A DNA stretch of 64,000 bases from NCBI RefSeq assembly GCF_018350175.1, contig NC_058374.1, positions 138,818,001 through 138,882,000 on the forward strand. The letters are read 5' to 3'. The translations under genes and the position numbers were made by a program. The notes below the pieces were generated by a model that saw only the letters and a list, made by a program, of their open reading frames with translations, was not told where the DNA came from and made no database searches. The stretch's first letter is position 1, and each line of letters starts with the position of its first letter. This DNA is from Felis catus. Taxonomy: Eukaryota. Below, in pieces: positions 34,178 to 46,451 of this stretch.

Positions 34178-34410
34178 GGGGCACCTGGGTGACTTAGTAG
34201 GTTAAGCTCATAGCTGAGTAGGTTAAGCAAGTAGGCTCAGCTCATGAGTTCACGGTTCATGGGTTTGAGCCCCACATCGGGCTCTGCACTGACAGCTGGG
34301 AGCCTGGAGCCTGCTTCCGATTCTGTGTCTCCCTCTCCCTCTGCCCCTCCCCCGCTCATGCTCTGTCTCTCTCTGTCTCTGTCTCTCTCTCAAATAAACA
34401 TTTAAAAACA
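34178..34410 (+). mobile_element. SINEC_Fc-type SINE (second of tandem, rearranged head)
   Basis: Body and tail typical; head contains short duplications. Confidence 0.92.
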
Positions 34411-34983
34411 ACGCAACTCTGAGACCGGACTTCAATAGGACCAGCCATCCCCTCACAGAGTCTGTGGAGCCTGTTCCTGAACTGTCCCGGGGAGCAGAGC
34501 CCCCGAGAAATGCGGGTGGCAGTGGTGGCCGGGCACCTAGCTCAGCGCTCCGCAGTGAGTATGAACCCCCTGCACGTACCAGCGGCCACGAGACCCAAAG
34601 GACTCTGCCCTGTGCAGACGCTGCCAGCGGGAAAGCGTATGCAGAGCAAGGACAACTCGGGAAGACCCCGGAAAAAGCCCCGTGGAAGCTTGCCCCCCAA
34701 CACCAGCACCCGGTTTCACAGAACGCGCCGTGACCTGTCCCTGGGTCACAGGGGCACGGCAGCTGTCACCTGACAGACATGAGGGGACTCCACTGGCCAC
34801 GGCGGGCACACGCCTCACGCTGACATGCTCGGCTGCACACTGGGGGCGACCTCGTGGCACCCGGCCAGTGCCTGGACCCCCAGGTCCTCCCTAGGTGTGG
34901 CCCGGTTCTAACTGGGTCATAACCCAGGTCACTGTTCTCAGCCCGAGCGGGCGGAGACTCTCCTGGGGTGCTTATTTACAACA

Positions 34984-35060
34984 GGGTCCTGAACCCCACT
35001 CTCCCGAGATCCTGACCCAGCAGGTCTGGGACGGGGCCGAGCAACGTGAAGTGTAACACG
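34984..35060. mobile_element. MER5A-like fragment
   Basis: gagatcctgacccagcaggtctgggacggggcc resembles the MER5A core. Confidence 0.55.
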
Positions 35061-38000
35061 TCCGCTGAAAGCCTGGTGTAGATTTCCTAAGAAAGGGATG
35101 ACAGGATCCAGAATGGCACAGTTTCGTCACGGACACCACGCCCAGCACAGACCGAGATCCATCGGGAGGAACCAGCGTTAACGGGCAGGGGGGCCTGGAC
35201 GCCAGCAGGGGCCACGTCTCTGCCCTTGGGCCCCGGGACAATCTACAAGTCTCCCGTCGTAAGTGATGTCCGACGCAGCCGGAAAGTTCCAGGCTCCCGA
35301 CAGACGTGTCGGGTTGCAAGCACCCTCTGGGGTCTCTTCGAGTAACAGAATCTGGTCCAGTCTGTGATCCGAGGGGAGGCTCTTAATTATTTAATCTACG
35401 CTGACATGTGGCTTCTGGATGTTGGTAAGTTATATAAACACAAGCATATTTTTTTTCACCAACTTAACCTAAAGACTTCAGTGACACCTCGTTCCACAAA
35501 TGAGCCAAATACACATTTTTAAATAAACATTTAAGATTATAGGAGTGACTGGTCTTAATAAAAATTAACATCAACAGTGTCCACGAAAAGCCTCGTGGTT
35601 TCAGACTCTCCCCACCCGCTCACTCGTCGTTAGAGTGAAGGGTGCTCGGATAATATAAACGGTTTCAAGAGCACAGACTCCAAAAGACCTAGCTAATTAA
35701 TTTGAACCATGCCCCAAGGTAGTCCTTCACATCCCCAGAACTTTCCAGAACATCGCAGAGCCCACTCGCTCCCCTTGTGTGCCCAGGGCCCTGTTTACTT
35801 TCCTGGCAAGCCATCCCTCATCACAAGAGCTGAGGAGACCCCACACTCGCCTGCACCTGCAGGGATGTAACGCGTACGGTCGGTGGGGATTCTGCAAGGA
35901 CCTCCAATAAAAACGCAGAAGCCGGCGTCTGGCTTCTATCCTGCACCACAGCCTATAAACCGAGGCCTCTGAAGCCTGTCCCTGCGTCTGGGCCACCCCG
36001 TACAGGGGGACCCCACGGGGGAGCTCCGAGTCTCGAGAAGGCACCTCGTGGGGCCGGAAGGTCTGCGAGCGTGGGACGCCCTCTACAACCACAACAGAGG
36101 TGGGCCCGTGCTGTTCCCAAGCTGCCAGAGGCGTCTCGTCCAGGGAGGCGTGGGCGGGACAGGGCGAGGCGACCGGCCTTTCTGGTCAGGCGTCCAGGGT
36201 CCGGGCCTGGGCCGGGCTGGGGTGTGGCCCCATTTCTGGAGCCAGAGTTCTATCCAGGTGTACACCTTCTATCCAGGTGTAAGATGGGCGGAAATGTGCT
36301 CGTGTTCCAGGATTTAATTCTAGATCCCGCCATTGCCCTGAACGGGCAGGACGCACCTTCTCTCCGGTCACCCGGGTCCTTTGGGCAAAGAGTGGGGCAG
36401 GTGAACAGAGCTTCCGACGGTTTGCTGGGATCGTTTTACTGAAAGGTCAGATTTTCGAAGGAGGGGACTGCTCAGCCTCCCGCCCACTTGGGATCCTTCA
36501 CGGGCCGCCGCCCCTCGGCCGGCCCCTGCCACCTGCCCCTTTCTCCCAGGAGGCCCCCGCCCCCCGAGGGCAGCACACCCGCAGCCAGGCCCCCTCCTGC
36601 CCTCACCACACTTCACCCCGGAAGGCCGTCCAGAGCCCCCCGTCTGCAAGGGCGTGGCCCCTGCCACTGCTCTGCTCTCTTCCTTATTCACCCATGTCTG
36701 CGTCCCCACAGCCCACGCGCCCGGCCTTGCTCACTCCCGGGCCGCAGCCGGGCCGAGAACGCACGGGCACCGACGGACTGGGTGAACTCTGGCGCAGGCG
36801 GAGGGACCCGGGCGCCGGCAGACGAGTCCACGCACACGTCCCGGTCCTCACGGGCTGGCGTTCTGTCAGCGTGCCTTCAACAGCTCGACCCTCGGGTCCG
36901 AGGTAACTCCCCGGTCATCTCCTCAAGCCTGTGGCCCAGGCTTTAACCAAGAGGAAGGCCCAGCTTCCGGCCGGAAACGCAAGGTCTGGCTCAGCTCAGG
37001 CGTCAGGACGTGGTTCTGGCACCATCGGCCCCCCACGCTGAGCCGCGTCCCTCCCGAGGCGCTGGGGCCCCACCGGGCAGCACAGGGGCAGTGACGGGAA
37101 GACGCCGGGTGGAGGGTCGGCTCTCTGCGGCCTCGCTAATACCTCCAAATACTCCAGCGGAAAGAGGCTGAATTTAGGAAACATCAGCTCGGGACCCAGA
37201 GTGGCTGCAGCGGTGGCCTCCATCATGCTCTGTCCCGGGCCCCCCCACACCACCCCCTCCTCCCGACTGCTCCTCAGGGCCCCCGGGAGCCCCGTCTCGG
37301 ATCTCCATCAGAACTCTTGCCTCGTCGTGGCCCCTCCCCAGGCTGCCAAGTCCAACATCATGGGGTCACCCTGGCCGCCTCCGTCACCCTTGGTTCCTTG
37401 GGCTCGCTCTGTGCCCAAGTCACAGCCGCCCACGGGGCCACCGACCAAACCACGGGCATCCTCCCTAGGCCTCAGGCAATGGTGCCCTGAGCAGAGCGTA
37501 GGGGATGGTCTTCGAGCCCACGCAGACGACACTGCCCACGGGCCCATGAGACTTCTTCCCTCTGTGTCTCACAGCAAGGCCCTCGGGACGTGAGCCCCGT
37601 GCTGGGCCCCTGTCCAGGCGCCTCCGTTACCCCAGTCCTGGCACTCCTGCCCCACAGGCCCCCCTCCTCAGCACACAGCTCATTCCCATCTGCCCCCCAT
37701 CCCAGCTGACCCCGTGCACGGCTGGCGCCTCGCCTGTCCCCTCTCAGAACGGCCCTGGACTCCCTGCAGAGAGAAGCCATCCCGGCCGTTCTCCCTGAAC
37801 TGTTTCCCCGAAGCGCCCACGCTTCCTCGTGTGCTGGGGGCTCCTCCGTGGGCAGAGGCCACACCCGTCTAGTTCACTGCACCCCAAGGCCCAGAGGGCG
37901 CAGAGCCGGCCTCAGTCCGTCCTCACATGCCTGATGCAGCTGCACGGGCTCCCACGACCATGAACGCTCAGAGCTTAGAGTTTTAAGTATTAGAGCCACT

Positions 38001-38955
38001 GCAGGCACGTGGTGACATCGAGGAAAAATAGTTCGGCACGTGGACAAACAAAATTCACGTAGCCCAGAGCAGACCACATTCAAAGTCCAAAGACAAGCTG
38101 AGACCGAAGCGACCAAGAATAAATATGTTTAATATACAAACACCGTCAGTCGGAAAAAGACAAGACTCTTCCTGACTGTAGGGTGGGGCAGAGAGGTCTC
38201 TGAGTTCCCACGGTCCGTGCCCTTCCGGGTGACCTTGAGACCCCTCATCTGTGGATGATGGCGGCACCTCCCTCACAGAGCGGTCGTGACCACGGAATTA
38301 CAGGAATTACATGACGCGTGACGTGGGGATATTGCCCAGACCCTGGCCCGCAGTCAGCCTGTATCAGTGCGGACACAGGGCGGGGACACAGGGCGCAGGG
38401 CAGAAGGCGCCTCATCCCCGTGGCCTTGTTTGCAAAGCCTTAAACCAACAATGCCCAGGCTTTGCTTGGCTTAGCACTGGCATTTTTCAAAGAACTAGGC
38501 ACTTCCTAGAAAGACCTAAAACCCGCTGAGCTATGTCTTTGGGACACAGCCCAGGGGCCCACAGGGTTAACAGGCCCGGCTCCCTCCTTCCCGGCCCCCA
38601 TTGCACGGGCCCTTCCCCCAAGCCCAGCGCCCCCAGGTCTGGGCTACAAGCCACTTCTAGAAGACCACCTGCTTTCTGGGGTCCTTTCCTCCTCGGTTGC
38701 GCTCTGGGGTCCCAGTGCCCCCCGTCCCCCCACCCCCTTCCCCTGCCATTCGGCAGTCCTTTGAGAGCCAACTGTCCCCCAGCTGCCAGCTGCTGGGCGC
38801 TTGTGGGAAGCAGGTGTCGGGGGAAGACAGGACTCCCCCAGGCACACATCAGTGGTCTTTCCTCCGCCATCAACTGTCAACAAAGCCTTCACCCATGTGC
38901 TGATAAAATCCCCAGCTCAGTAACAGAATGAACCTGAAGGAAGCTCCACGCCCCC

Positions 38956-38996
38956 GGGGACGGGGACGGGGACGGGGACGGGGACGTGGACGGGAC
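38956..38996. repeat. (GGGGAC)5 plus degenerate units
   Basis: Seen directly. Confidence 0.95.
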
Positions 38997-39003
38997 GCCC
39001 TAC

Positions 39004-39149
39004 CCGCGGGGATGATGCCGATCCGGAGTGGGCTGGGCACCAGGGCTGCCCGGGGCTGGTTCTGGTCCACGCCGGCGTTCCTCTGCGTCCTGCCAATCAG
39101 GCCGTGCAAGACCTCGCTGAACATGCCGTCTCCACCAACGCAGACGATC
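39004..39149 (-). CDS. CERK: CERK exon 6 (146 nt; IVCVGGDGMFSEVLHGLIGRTQRNAGVDQNQPRAALVPSPLRIGIIPA)
   Basis: cctgcag| and |gtaggg; GGDG ATP-binding motif. Confidence 0.96.
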
Positions 39150-39425
39150 CTGCAGGGGACACGGGCGTTAGGGTCCCTTCTGCTGTCCCCGCAACGCCGT
39201 GCTCTCCACTGCTCAGAAAAAGTTAATCTGCATATGCAGGTAGTAAGACGGAGAAGGAAAACGGTCCACGGTTGTCTCCCAGACGCAGAGAAGGGGTGAT
39301 GGAAATTTTCTGCAGTTTCTGGTTTTCTATAGGAAGCAGGTTTACTCTGACAATCAGGAAAAGCAAGGGCAGGGAGCGGACAAAACTAAGACAGGTGGGG
39401 AGGGCCTGAAAGGAACCTTACTCAC

Positions 39426-39489
39426 CCGTCGTATTTATCTATGTTGATCTCGTATAAGCTCTCCTTGGCCTGATTAGCACGTTCGGTGA
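39426..39489 (-). CDS. CERK: CERK exon 5 (64 nt; VTERANQAKESLYEINIDKYDG)
   Basis: ccccgtag| and |gtgagt. Confidence 0.95.
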
Positions 39490-39593
39490 CTACGGGGAAA
39501 AGATAATATTTCATTGTACGGTTTACGTTCGAATCTGAGAGTCTGAGTTAACATAAGAGGCAAGCAAACCATTCTTTTAAAATGAGGTCCTAG

Positions 39594-39832
39594 GGGTGCC
39601 TGGGTGGCTCAGTCAGTTAAGCGTCTGACTTCAGCTCAGGTCACGATCTCGCGGTCCATGAGTTCGAGCCCTGCGTTGGGCTCTGGGCTGATGGCTCAGA
39701 GCCTGGAGCCTGCTTCCGATTCTGTGTCTCCCCCTCTCTCTGCCCCTCCCCCGTTCATGCTCTGTCTCTCTCTGTCTCAAAAATAAATAAACGTTAAAAA
39801 AATATATTTAAAAAATAATAATAATAAATAAA
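39594..39832 (+). mobile_element. SINEC_Fc-type SINE
   Basis: 16-bp TSD taaaatgaggtcctag. Confidence 0.96.
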
Positions 39833-40046
39833 TAAAATGAGGTCCTAGAACATCCTCAGGGGAATGGAGTGGGGGTGGGGCGCCGAGCCCAGGCGGAAGC
39901 AACCCTCGTTCAGGACGCATTCCTCCGGGGGAGATGCCACCTTCTTGGCATCTAATTGCCAACAAGTGGTAACTTTTTGGAAAGAGATTTTATAGCTTTT
40001 CCTCATTATCCAAGTTAGATTGAAATTTTAGAAAATACCAAGACAT

Positions 40047-40115
40047 AAAAGAAAGAAAAAAAAAGAAAAGAAAAGAAAAGAGAAAAAAAAAAAGAAAAGA
40101 AAAAAGAAAAGAAAA
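40047..40115. repeat. A-rich (GAAAA)n tract
   Basis: Seen directly. Confidence 0.85.
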
Positions 40116-40813
40116 CGTCAGCCCACATCTGTATACTCAACGTAGGACACAAAGACACAACTGAAATTCTGCTGTGCGGGCAGACTTATACCCCGGTGTT
40201 CCCGGCCCTGACCGTTTTCTTAAGTGAAAAGCTCTCCGTAAAGACCACGTTAAAGGTCCACCTGCTCGCTGTGCCTTCCGTTTCGCCACACTCGGGCAGT
40301 GGTACCTCCACGTCTCCTGTCAGCGGGCATTTACGCGGTCTCGGTGTGCTGCTCTTACGGGACGTGGCAGCGCACGCGTGGGCACTTGTGTGCATCCGAC
40401 TGCCGTCCTGGGGAGGACTCACATCTGGACTCCTGACCGACCCCCTGATTTATAAGGCTCTTCGCCCACACTGCCAGTGTCTCTTTAACACGCGTGCGCA
40501 GACCCCAGAGCACGGGGTCCGGGAAGGAGAACCCCGGCTTCCTGTACCCGCCTGGCGTTGAGAATCTGCACTTAAAACCACATCACGTTTCTTAAAACAT
40601 GACTTATTGGTGAAATTACTTCTAAGCCTCATCGAATCACTCGTCTTTCTTCTTCCACGAATCTCCTGTCCGTGATCCTGACCGTTTTATCTTCTTAGTG
40701 TTTCTCTTCTATGCTAAGACTGGGCCACAGAGGTATACATTCTTTGTTTTGTACTGTTCCCATTCCGGCATAGAAAACAACGTATTTTATTTTGTTTAAA
40801 ATAATCACATAAT

Positions 40814-41032
40814 GGGGCGCCTGGGTGGCTCAGTCGGTTGAGCGTTTGACTTCAGCTCAGGTAATGATCTCACAGTCCGTGAATTCGAGCCCCGCGTCGG
40901 GCTCTGTGCTGACAGTTCAGGGCTTGGAGCTTGCTTCGGATTCTGTGTCTCCCTCTCTCTGCCCCTCCCCCGCTCCTGCTCTGTCTCTCAAAAATAAACA
41001 TTAAAAAACAATTAAACCAAAAATAAATAAAA
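40814..41032 (+). mobile_element. SINEC_Fc-type SINE (first of tandem)
   Basis: Full-length SINE. Confidence 0.94.
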
Positions 41033-41064
41033 TTTTAGTAAGTTTTTTTTTTTAAAAGTGTAGA

Positions 41065-41290
41065 GGGGCGCCTAGGGTGGCTCAGTCGGTTAAGCGTTCG
41101 ACTTCAGCTCAGGTCATGATCTCACGGTCTGTGAGTTTGAGACCCACGTTGGGCTCTGTGCTGACAGCTCAGAGCCTGGCGCCTGCTTCGGATTCTGTGT
41201 CTCCCTCTCTCTCTGCCCCTCCCCCACTCATGCTCACTCGCGCTCTCTCTGTCAAAAATAAACATTTAAAAAAATTAAAAAAAATAAATA
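41065..41290 (+). mobile_element. SINEC_Fc-type SINE (second of tandem)
   Basis: Full-length SINE. Confidence 0.94.
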
Positions 41291-41371
41291 AAATAATCAC
41301 ACAAGATAAAAATCTTGTCTAGAATCATTCTCAAACACGCCTACGTATTTAACGGAGAATTTACACCTTAC

Positions 41372-41497
41372 CGATTATTTCGGTGGTGATGGACGCTAAG
41401 GTAAACAGTGGGGCCACTTTCCTTTCATATATCCGCTTGCCTTGTCCTTTCCCTCCAAACGGATTAATAAACACCAGCAAATGCTTCGGTCTGGATG
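41372..41497 (-). CDS. CERK: CERK exon 4 (126 nt; SRPKHLLVFINPFGGKGQGKRIYERKVAPLFTLASITTEII)
   Basis: ttgtag| and |gtaagg. Confidence 0.95.
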
Positions 41498-42089
41498 CTA
41501 CAAGACAACAACAATGCGTAAATCACAACGGGTGTGGCAGATACTCTCTCGCAAGTACTGTGTTACTGAACAAAATCAAACCACGATGGTGTGAGAACTC
41601 TGCGCAGGACTGTCTGGGAGAAAGTATTTTTAAGTCAAAGAACAGCACGGAAGGGCTTCTTCATCTACGAGCAGGGAGAAGGGCCGGCCTGTGAGAACGG
41701 GCAGAAGCTCTGCACATCTGCAAGGTCTCCCAGAAGCCCCCAGAACTCAGAATTCTGGAAGGCAGCAGCAGCCTCGCCTGCTCCATGTTCAGGAACGTGG
41801 GTCTGCAGAGAACAAGAAGAAACGGATATATGGGACAGAGCGCCAGGAGAGACAGACAGACTGACAGGCACAGACAGAGCCTGACATGTAGTCCATGGAG
41901 ACGGACAGAGAGACGGACAGACGGCGAGACACGGACAGCCCCTCGGTCCCTGGTTCCAGTCCCGTCCAGAGAACCTCCCCACGTGGGTCACGCCTGTGCT
42001 CTTACAACAGCTCCCACATTTCTGTTGGGGTCAGTTCAAACAGATTTTGATACTTAAAAACCCAACTTTACTAACAAATCAATCGACGT

Positions 42090-42560
42090 GGCAAGAAAGT
42101 ATATATGCCCAAGAAAACTGAAAACCTAAGTCCCCACAAAATCCTGCACACAGATGTTCCCAGCAGGGCCATTCGCAACAGCCCCGAGCAGAAATATCCC
42201 AAACGCCCGTCGACTGACGACCGACACACCAGTGGTCCAGCTGCACAATGGAATGCTACTCGGCCATAAAAAGGCACAAACCGCTGGCATATTTGCCAGC
42301 ACGGACACATCTCTGACTCATTACGCGGAGAGCCCGAAGCCCTCGAAAGGCCCCCGTCACACGATTCCATTCAGAGTGATCCTCTCTGCACTGATGGGAA
42401 GGATCATCAGAAGACTCTGGGGTGACGTGAGTCTCACAGGGAGGGGTGTGGGGTACACGACTACCTGTACGTATGTGTCAACATCATGGATTTAAACTCA
42501 CGGTCTATCCGTTTCGCTGTACAGAAATTCGAGCTCAGAACTGTAAACAAATGTTCATCT
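42090..42560 (+). mobile_element. Old L1M 3'-end fragment
   Basis: cctgcacacagatgtt..cccaaacgcccgtcgac..caatggaatgctactcggccataaaaagg follows the L1M 3' layout. Confidence 0.7.
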
Positions 42561-43591
42561 CTAATTAGTGAGGCGCCCGCTGAAGTGTTTAAAGGTGAAG
42601 CACCCCACATCCATCACTTAACTCTGAAACTCAACAAAGAACACTATTAACTACTGGATAGATCCACAGACATCGACAAAGCAGATAAAACAACATGTTA
42701 ACCGCTGTAGAATCGAGGCTTTGGATATGTGTGCATTCACTGTACAATTCTTGCAATTTTTCCCTTCTGTATGCTTGAAAGTCTTCATAATAAAATACTG
42801 GGGGGGCGGATAACACACAGTAGAGAAAATCAACAAAGTCAGAAGTTGGTTCTTTGAAGAGATTCATGAAATTGGTAATTCCTTAATACAGCTGAAAAAG
42901 AAAAAGGGAGAAGAGATAAACTATTATTTACCAAGAGCAAGAAAGGGGACATTATTCCACAATCTGCACGTATTACAGGGAAAGTGAAAGGATTATGAAT
43001 AAACTTATAAATTTGGATAGACAAATTTTCTGAAAACAAATACAATTTACCAAAGCTGGCAGAAGCAATAGAAAAATCTGGCGAGTCTGGTATTTAATAA
43101 AGAAACCAAAGTCATTAATGAAAACCTCCCAAAGAAAGCCCAGGCCCAGAGGGCTCACCAGTGAATCCTTCCAAGTTTTTAGGGAAGACCACAGTCCCCA
43201 GAATCACATAAACTCTTGCACAGAAGGACCGAGCACCTCCCAGCTCCCCGCATGGGGCCACCAATGCTTGGCAGCGAAACCAGACAAGGGCATGGTCAGA
43301 GGGGAGCTATGGGTCGATGTCTCCCCTCAGCTGAGGCGTAGAAATCCTGAACCAAATATCAGCAAGTCAACTCCAGAAATACATAGAAAAAGAGTAACAC
43401 GTCATGACCAAGTTGGATTCAAAGAGAAGCCAATGTACTTAACACACGGACTCCAAAAGGAGACGATCACACAGGCACCCCAACAGATGCAGAAAAAGCA
43501 TTCATCAAATTTATCAGTTAGTTATGGCTGAAGGAAAAACCAACTCCTAAAACTAGGAATTTGAAAAGAACGTCCTTTATATGTTTTTACC

Positions 43592-43713
43592 TATTTTTAA
43601 TTCTCTTTTCATTTTTACTTTTTAAGAAATCCCTACACCCAACGTGGGGCTCAAACTCATGACCCCGAGATCAGGAGTTGCCTGCTCCGCCGACTGAGCC
43701 AGCCAGGCGCCCC
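43592..43713 (-). mobile_element. Short CAN-SINE
   Basis: cgactgagccagccaggcgcccc reverse head; TSD-like ttta(a)tatgtttt. Confidence 0.88.
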
Positions 43714-44330
43714 TTTAATATGTTTTTTTAAAAAAATCTATGAAAAACCTAAGAAACATCATCCTTGACAGTGAAATGTCGGAAACGGCCCCGAGAACAG
43801 GACTGAGACGACCCTCCCCACGCTGGGATCCACACCAGGGCAAAACTGTGAGAAAGAGACATAAATGGCACAAGAACCATGACGGATGAATGAGAAGGGT
43901 CATCACTCACAGTTGACATGACTGCGTTCGAAGAAAATCCAAAAGAACCATCAATCTATTAAAAAGTGGACTTAGCAACGTCACTGGGCACAAAGTGGAA
44001 ATCCATTCAAGTTCTGCACACACGAGCCAAGTTCGTGGAGAACAACATGGCGGCTCATGGCGCGTGGGGGAGGGACGCTCCTTCCCTCAACGGCGTGGGG
44101 TCGAGCAGACATCTGTGTTTAAGTAAACCCTGACCGCTCACCTAACACCACACACCCAAATGAATTCTAGGTGGATTCTAGGTCTAAATGTGAAAGGTGA
44201 AACAAGGTTCTGAGGAGAAAATATCTTCATGGCTCTGGAGTGGACAAAGATGTCAAATAGGACCCAAACTAACCATAGAGCAAAACAAAACAAAAAGATA
44301 AATAGATCTACATTAAAATGAAGGATGTCT

Positions 44331-44472
44331 GGGGCACCTGGGGGCTCGGTCGGTTACCCGTCCGACTCTGATCTCAGCTCGGGTCTTGATCTCACGGTTG
44401 GTGAGTTCAAGCCCCATGTTGGGCTCCATGCTGGGATGAAGCCTACTTAAAAAAAGAAAAAAAAAAAAAAAG
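44331..44472 (+). mobile_element. Short CAN-SINE
   Basis: Head, polyA, TSD aaggatgtc. Confidence 0.9.
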
Positions 44473-46451
44473 GATGTCCGTCCATCAACAGACACCAGTA
44501 AGAGACTAAAAAGGCCAGCCACAGAATGAGAAATGATGTCGGTAATTCATAAATCCAATAAAAGATTTGGATCCGTGATATACGAAGAATACCCATGTAA
44601 CATTAAGACAGATAACCCAACAGAAAAGTGGACAAGAGACCCGAACAGCAGACTCCTTACGAAAGGGGATTTCCGAATGGCCCAGAAACACAGGAGCGTG
44701 TTTCTCAACCTCTTTAGCTATCGGGGAAATGAAAATTAACCCCGTCACGCAAGACTCGTAACACCCACCCAAACAGCTACAATTATTAAGGTGTGGGCAA
44801 GACTCGGGGCAACCGGGACTCTCATATTCTGCTGGTGGGAGTGTCGCCGTCTGACGCTGTCTACTGAGGTGGCACATAACGCCCCGGGGGCCACTCGAAC
44901 CACCAACTGCACTCCCGCACGCAGCCAACGGAAATGCAGGCATGTGTCCACACGAGACACGCACCAGAACGCTCAGAACATACAGGATTGTCTGCAGCGG
45001 CCCACGCCGGGGAGCTCTCCCAGCGACCTGCCACAGTAAAATGGAGGAGTAAGTGGTCGGACACAGAGGGCCACGCCATCAAGAGAACAAGCAGCTGACG
45101 CCGCACGCACAGCGTGGGGAAGCTTCACAAACGGACACTGAGCCAGCCAGCCAGACACAGGAGCTCTGCAGAGCACGGTGACTCATCAACTGAAGCCGGT
45201 CGTTCAGAAGCCAGGCGGTGATCGCCCCGTGGGGGAGCGGGGGGGGGGTGCCCGCAGGGGGCCCAGGGGGCCCCGGGAGCTGGCGGTGTCCTGGATGTGG
45301 ATGCCGGATGCTTGCTCAGAGCGCCGGGTGTGTGAGAGCTCCCGGGCCACGCGCTCCGGATCTGGGCGCTTCCCTGCGTCTACACGACCTCCAGTAAACA
45401 CCACAACAGACGGACACAGAGTTAGTTACAGAGTAGCTGAGGTAACAGCATCCCAGAATTCTTGTCCACACCAGCGCCTGCGACGCGCATACAACTGTGT
45501 GCGCTTTCCTACCAGCTACGCGGGAAACAGGCGCCCGCCGTCCAATGGGGGGCAGGTTCGGCCAACTTCCTCTTGGGGTCTGAACCTACAGAATCGGCCC
45601 GAGTCTACAGACTCAGAGTCTCAGGAAAGCGAGCAGAGGAAGCAGGAAGGGGGCAGCGGGGACGAGGAAGATGAGTCTGGAGGAGAAGGCGGCAGACGGG
45701 CAGGGGGCAACTTCCGCGCAGACTCACACAGCGGGACAGGGAGACGCGGGGAGAGGTCGGGGGTCACTGGCCCGGCAGCAGGTAAGGGAGGTCACGTCCC
45801 GCGGGATTAGATGGCGGGACGCAGAAAACCAAAGGCACCTCTTCGAGCGAGCAAGTCTCTCTGCAGCTGACAGGCCTTCCACACATTATAATTCGCTTCT
45901 TTGATCCAGATGCCAAATGAATCAAAGAAGACCGAAAACAAACCTACCCACACACGGTTTCTCTTCGACAGTGAAAGAAAGCCTGGACTGAGCTCACAGA
46001 ACGACGTGTTACGATTATAACCAAACAGGACTCCAGACAGAGGATGAGCTGGCATCTTGCGCGTTCCAAGGGGCGACAGACAGACTCGGGGCGCAGGTGT
46101 GCACAGGGGCGCCCCCACGTCCCTGGCTCACTCCCCACATCCACCGGGAACATAGCTATCGCCATCCCCGCTTCCCAGAAATAGAACCTGAGGCTCAGCG
46201 GGCCCAGGGGCCTGTCCCCCCCACCCCCCACCTCGCGGCCGGTCAGGGAAGGCGCCCCGGCCCCTGGAAGGCCATGCTTGGGGCAGCGCCCGGTGCCAGG
46301 CTGGTCCCGTAACCGGTAAAACTAGTATATTTTTAAGCCACCCCAATTCAGCAGTGCACTTGGTTACGGGAAGGTGTGCAAAGGGCAGGGAAGCAGCCAC
46401 GATCGCAGGGTCCCACGCGGGCCCCCGGCGACCGCGCCTCTCTCCACGCAC

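Larger units (their letters stand above)
42820..45170 (+). mobile_element. Degenerate L1M ORF2/3' region, interrupted by two SINEs
   Basis: gagaaaatcaacaaa..gttggttctttgaa, aagcccaggcccaga, gatgcagaaaaagcatt and aacccaacagaaaagtggacaa are L1 ORF2 landmarks; no intact ORF. Confidence 0.8.

Noticed and set aside
45178-45810. 210-aa ORF with an acidic Gly/Glu-rich stretch
   Set aside because: Intronic, antisense to CERK, GTG start, adjacent to L1 remnant; purine-rich low complexity
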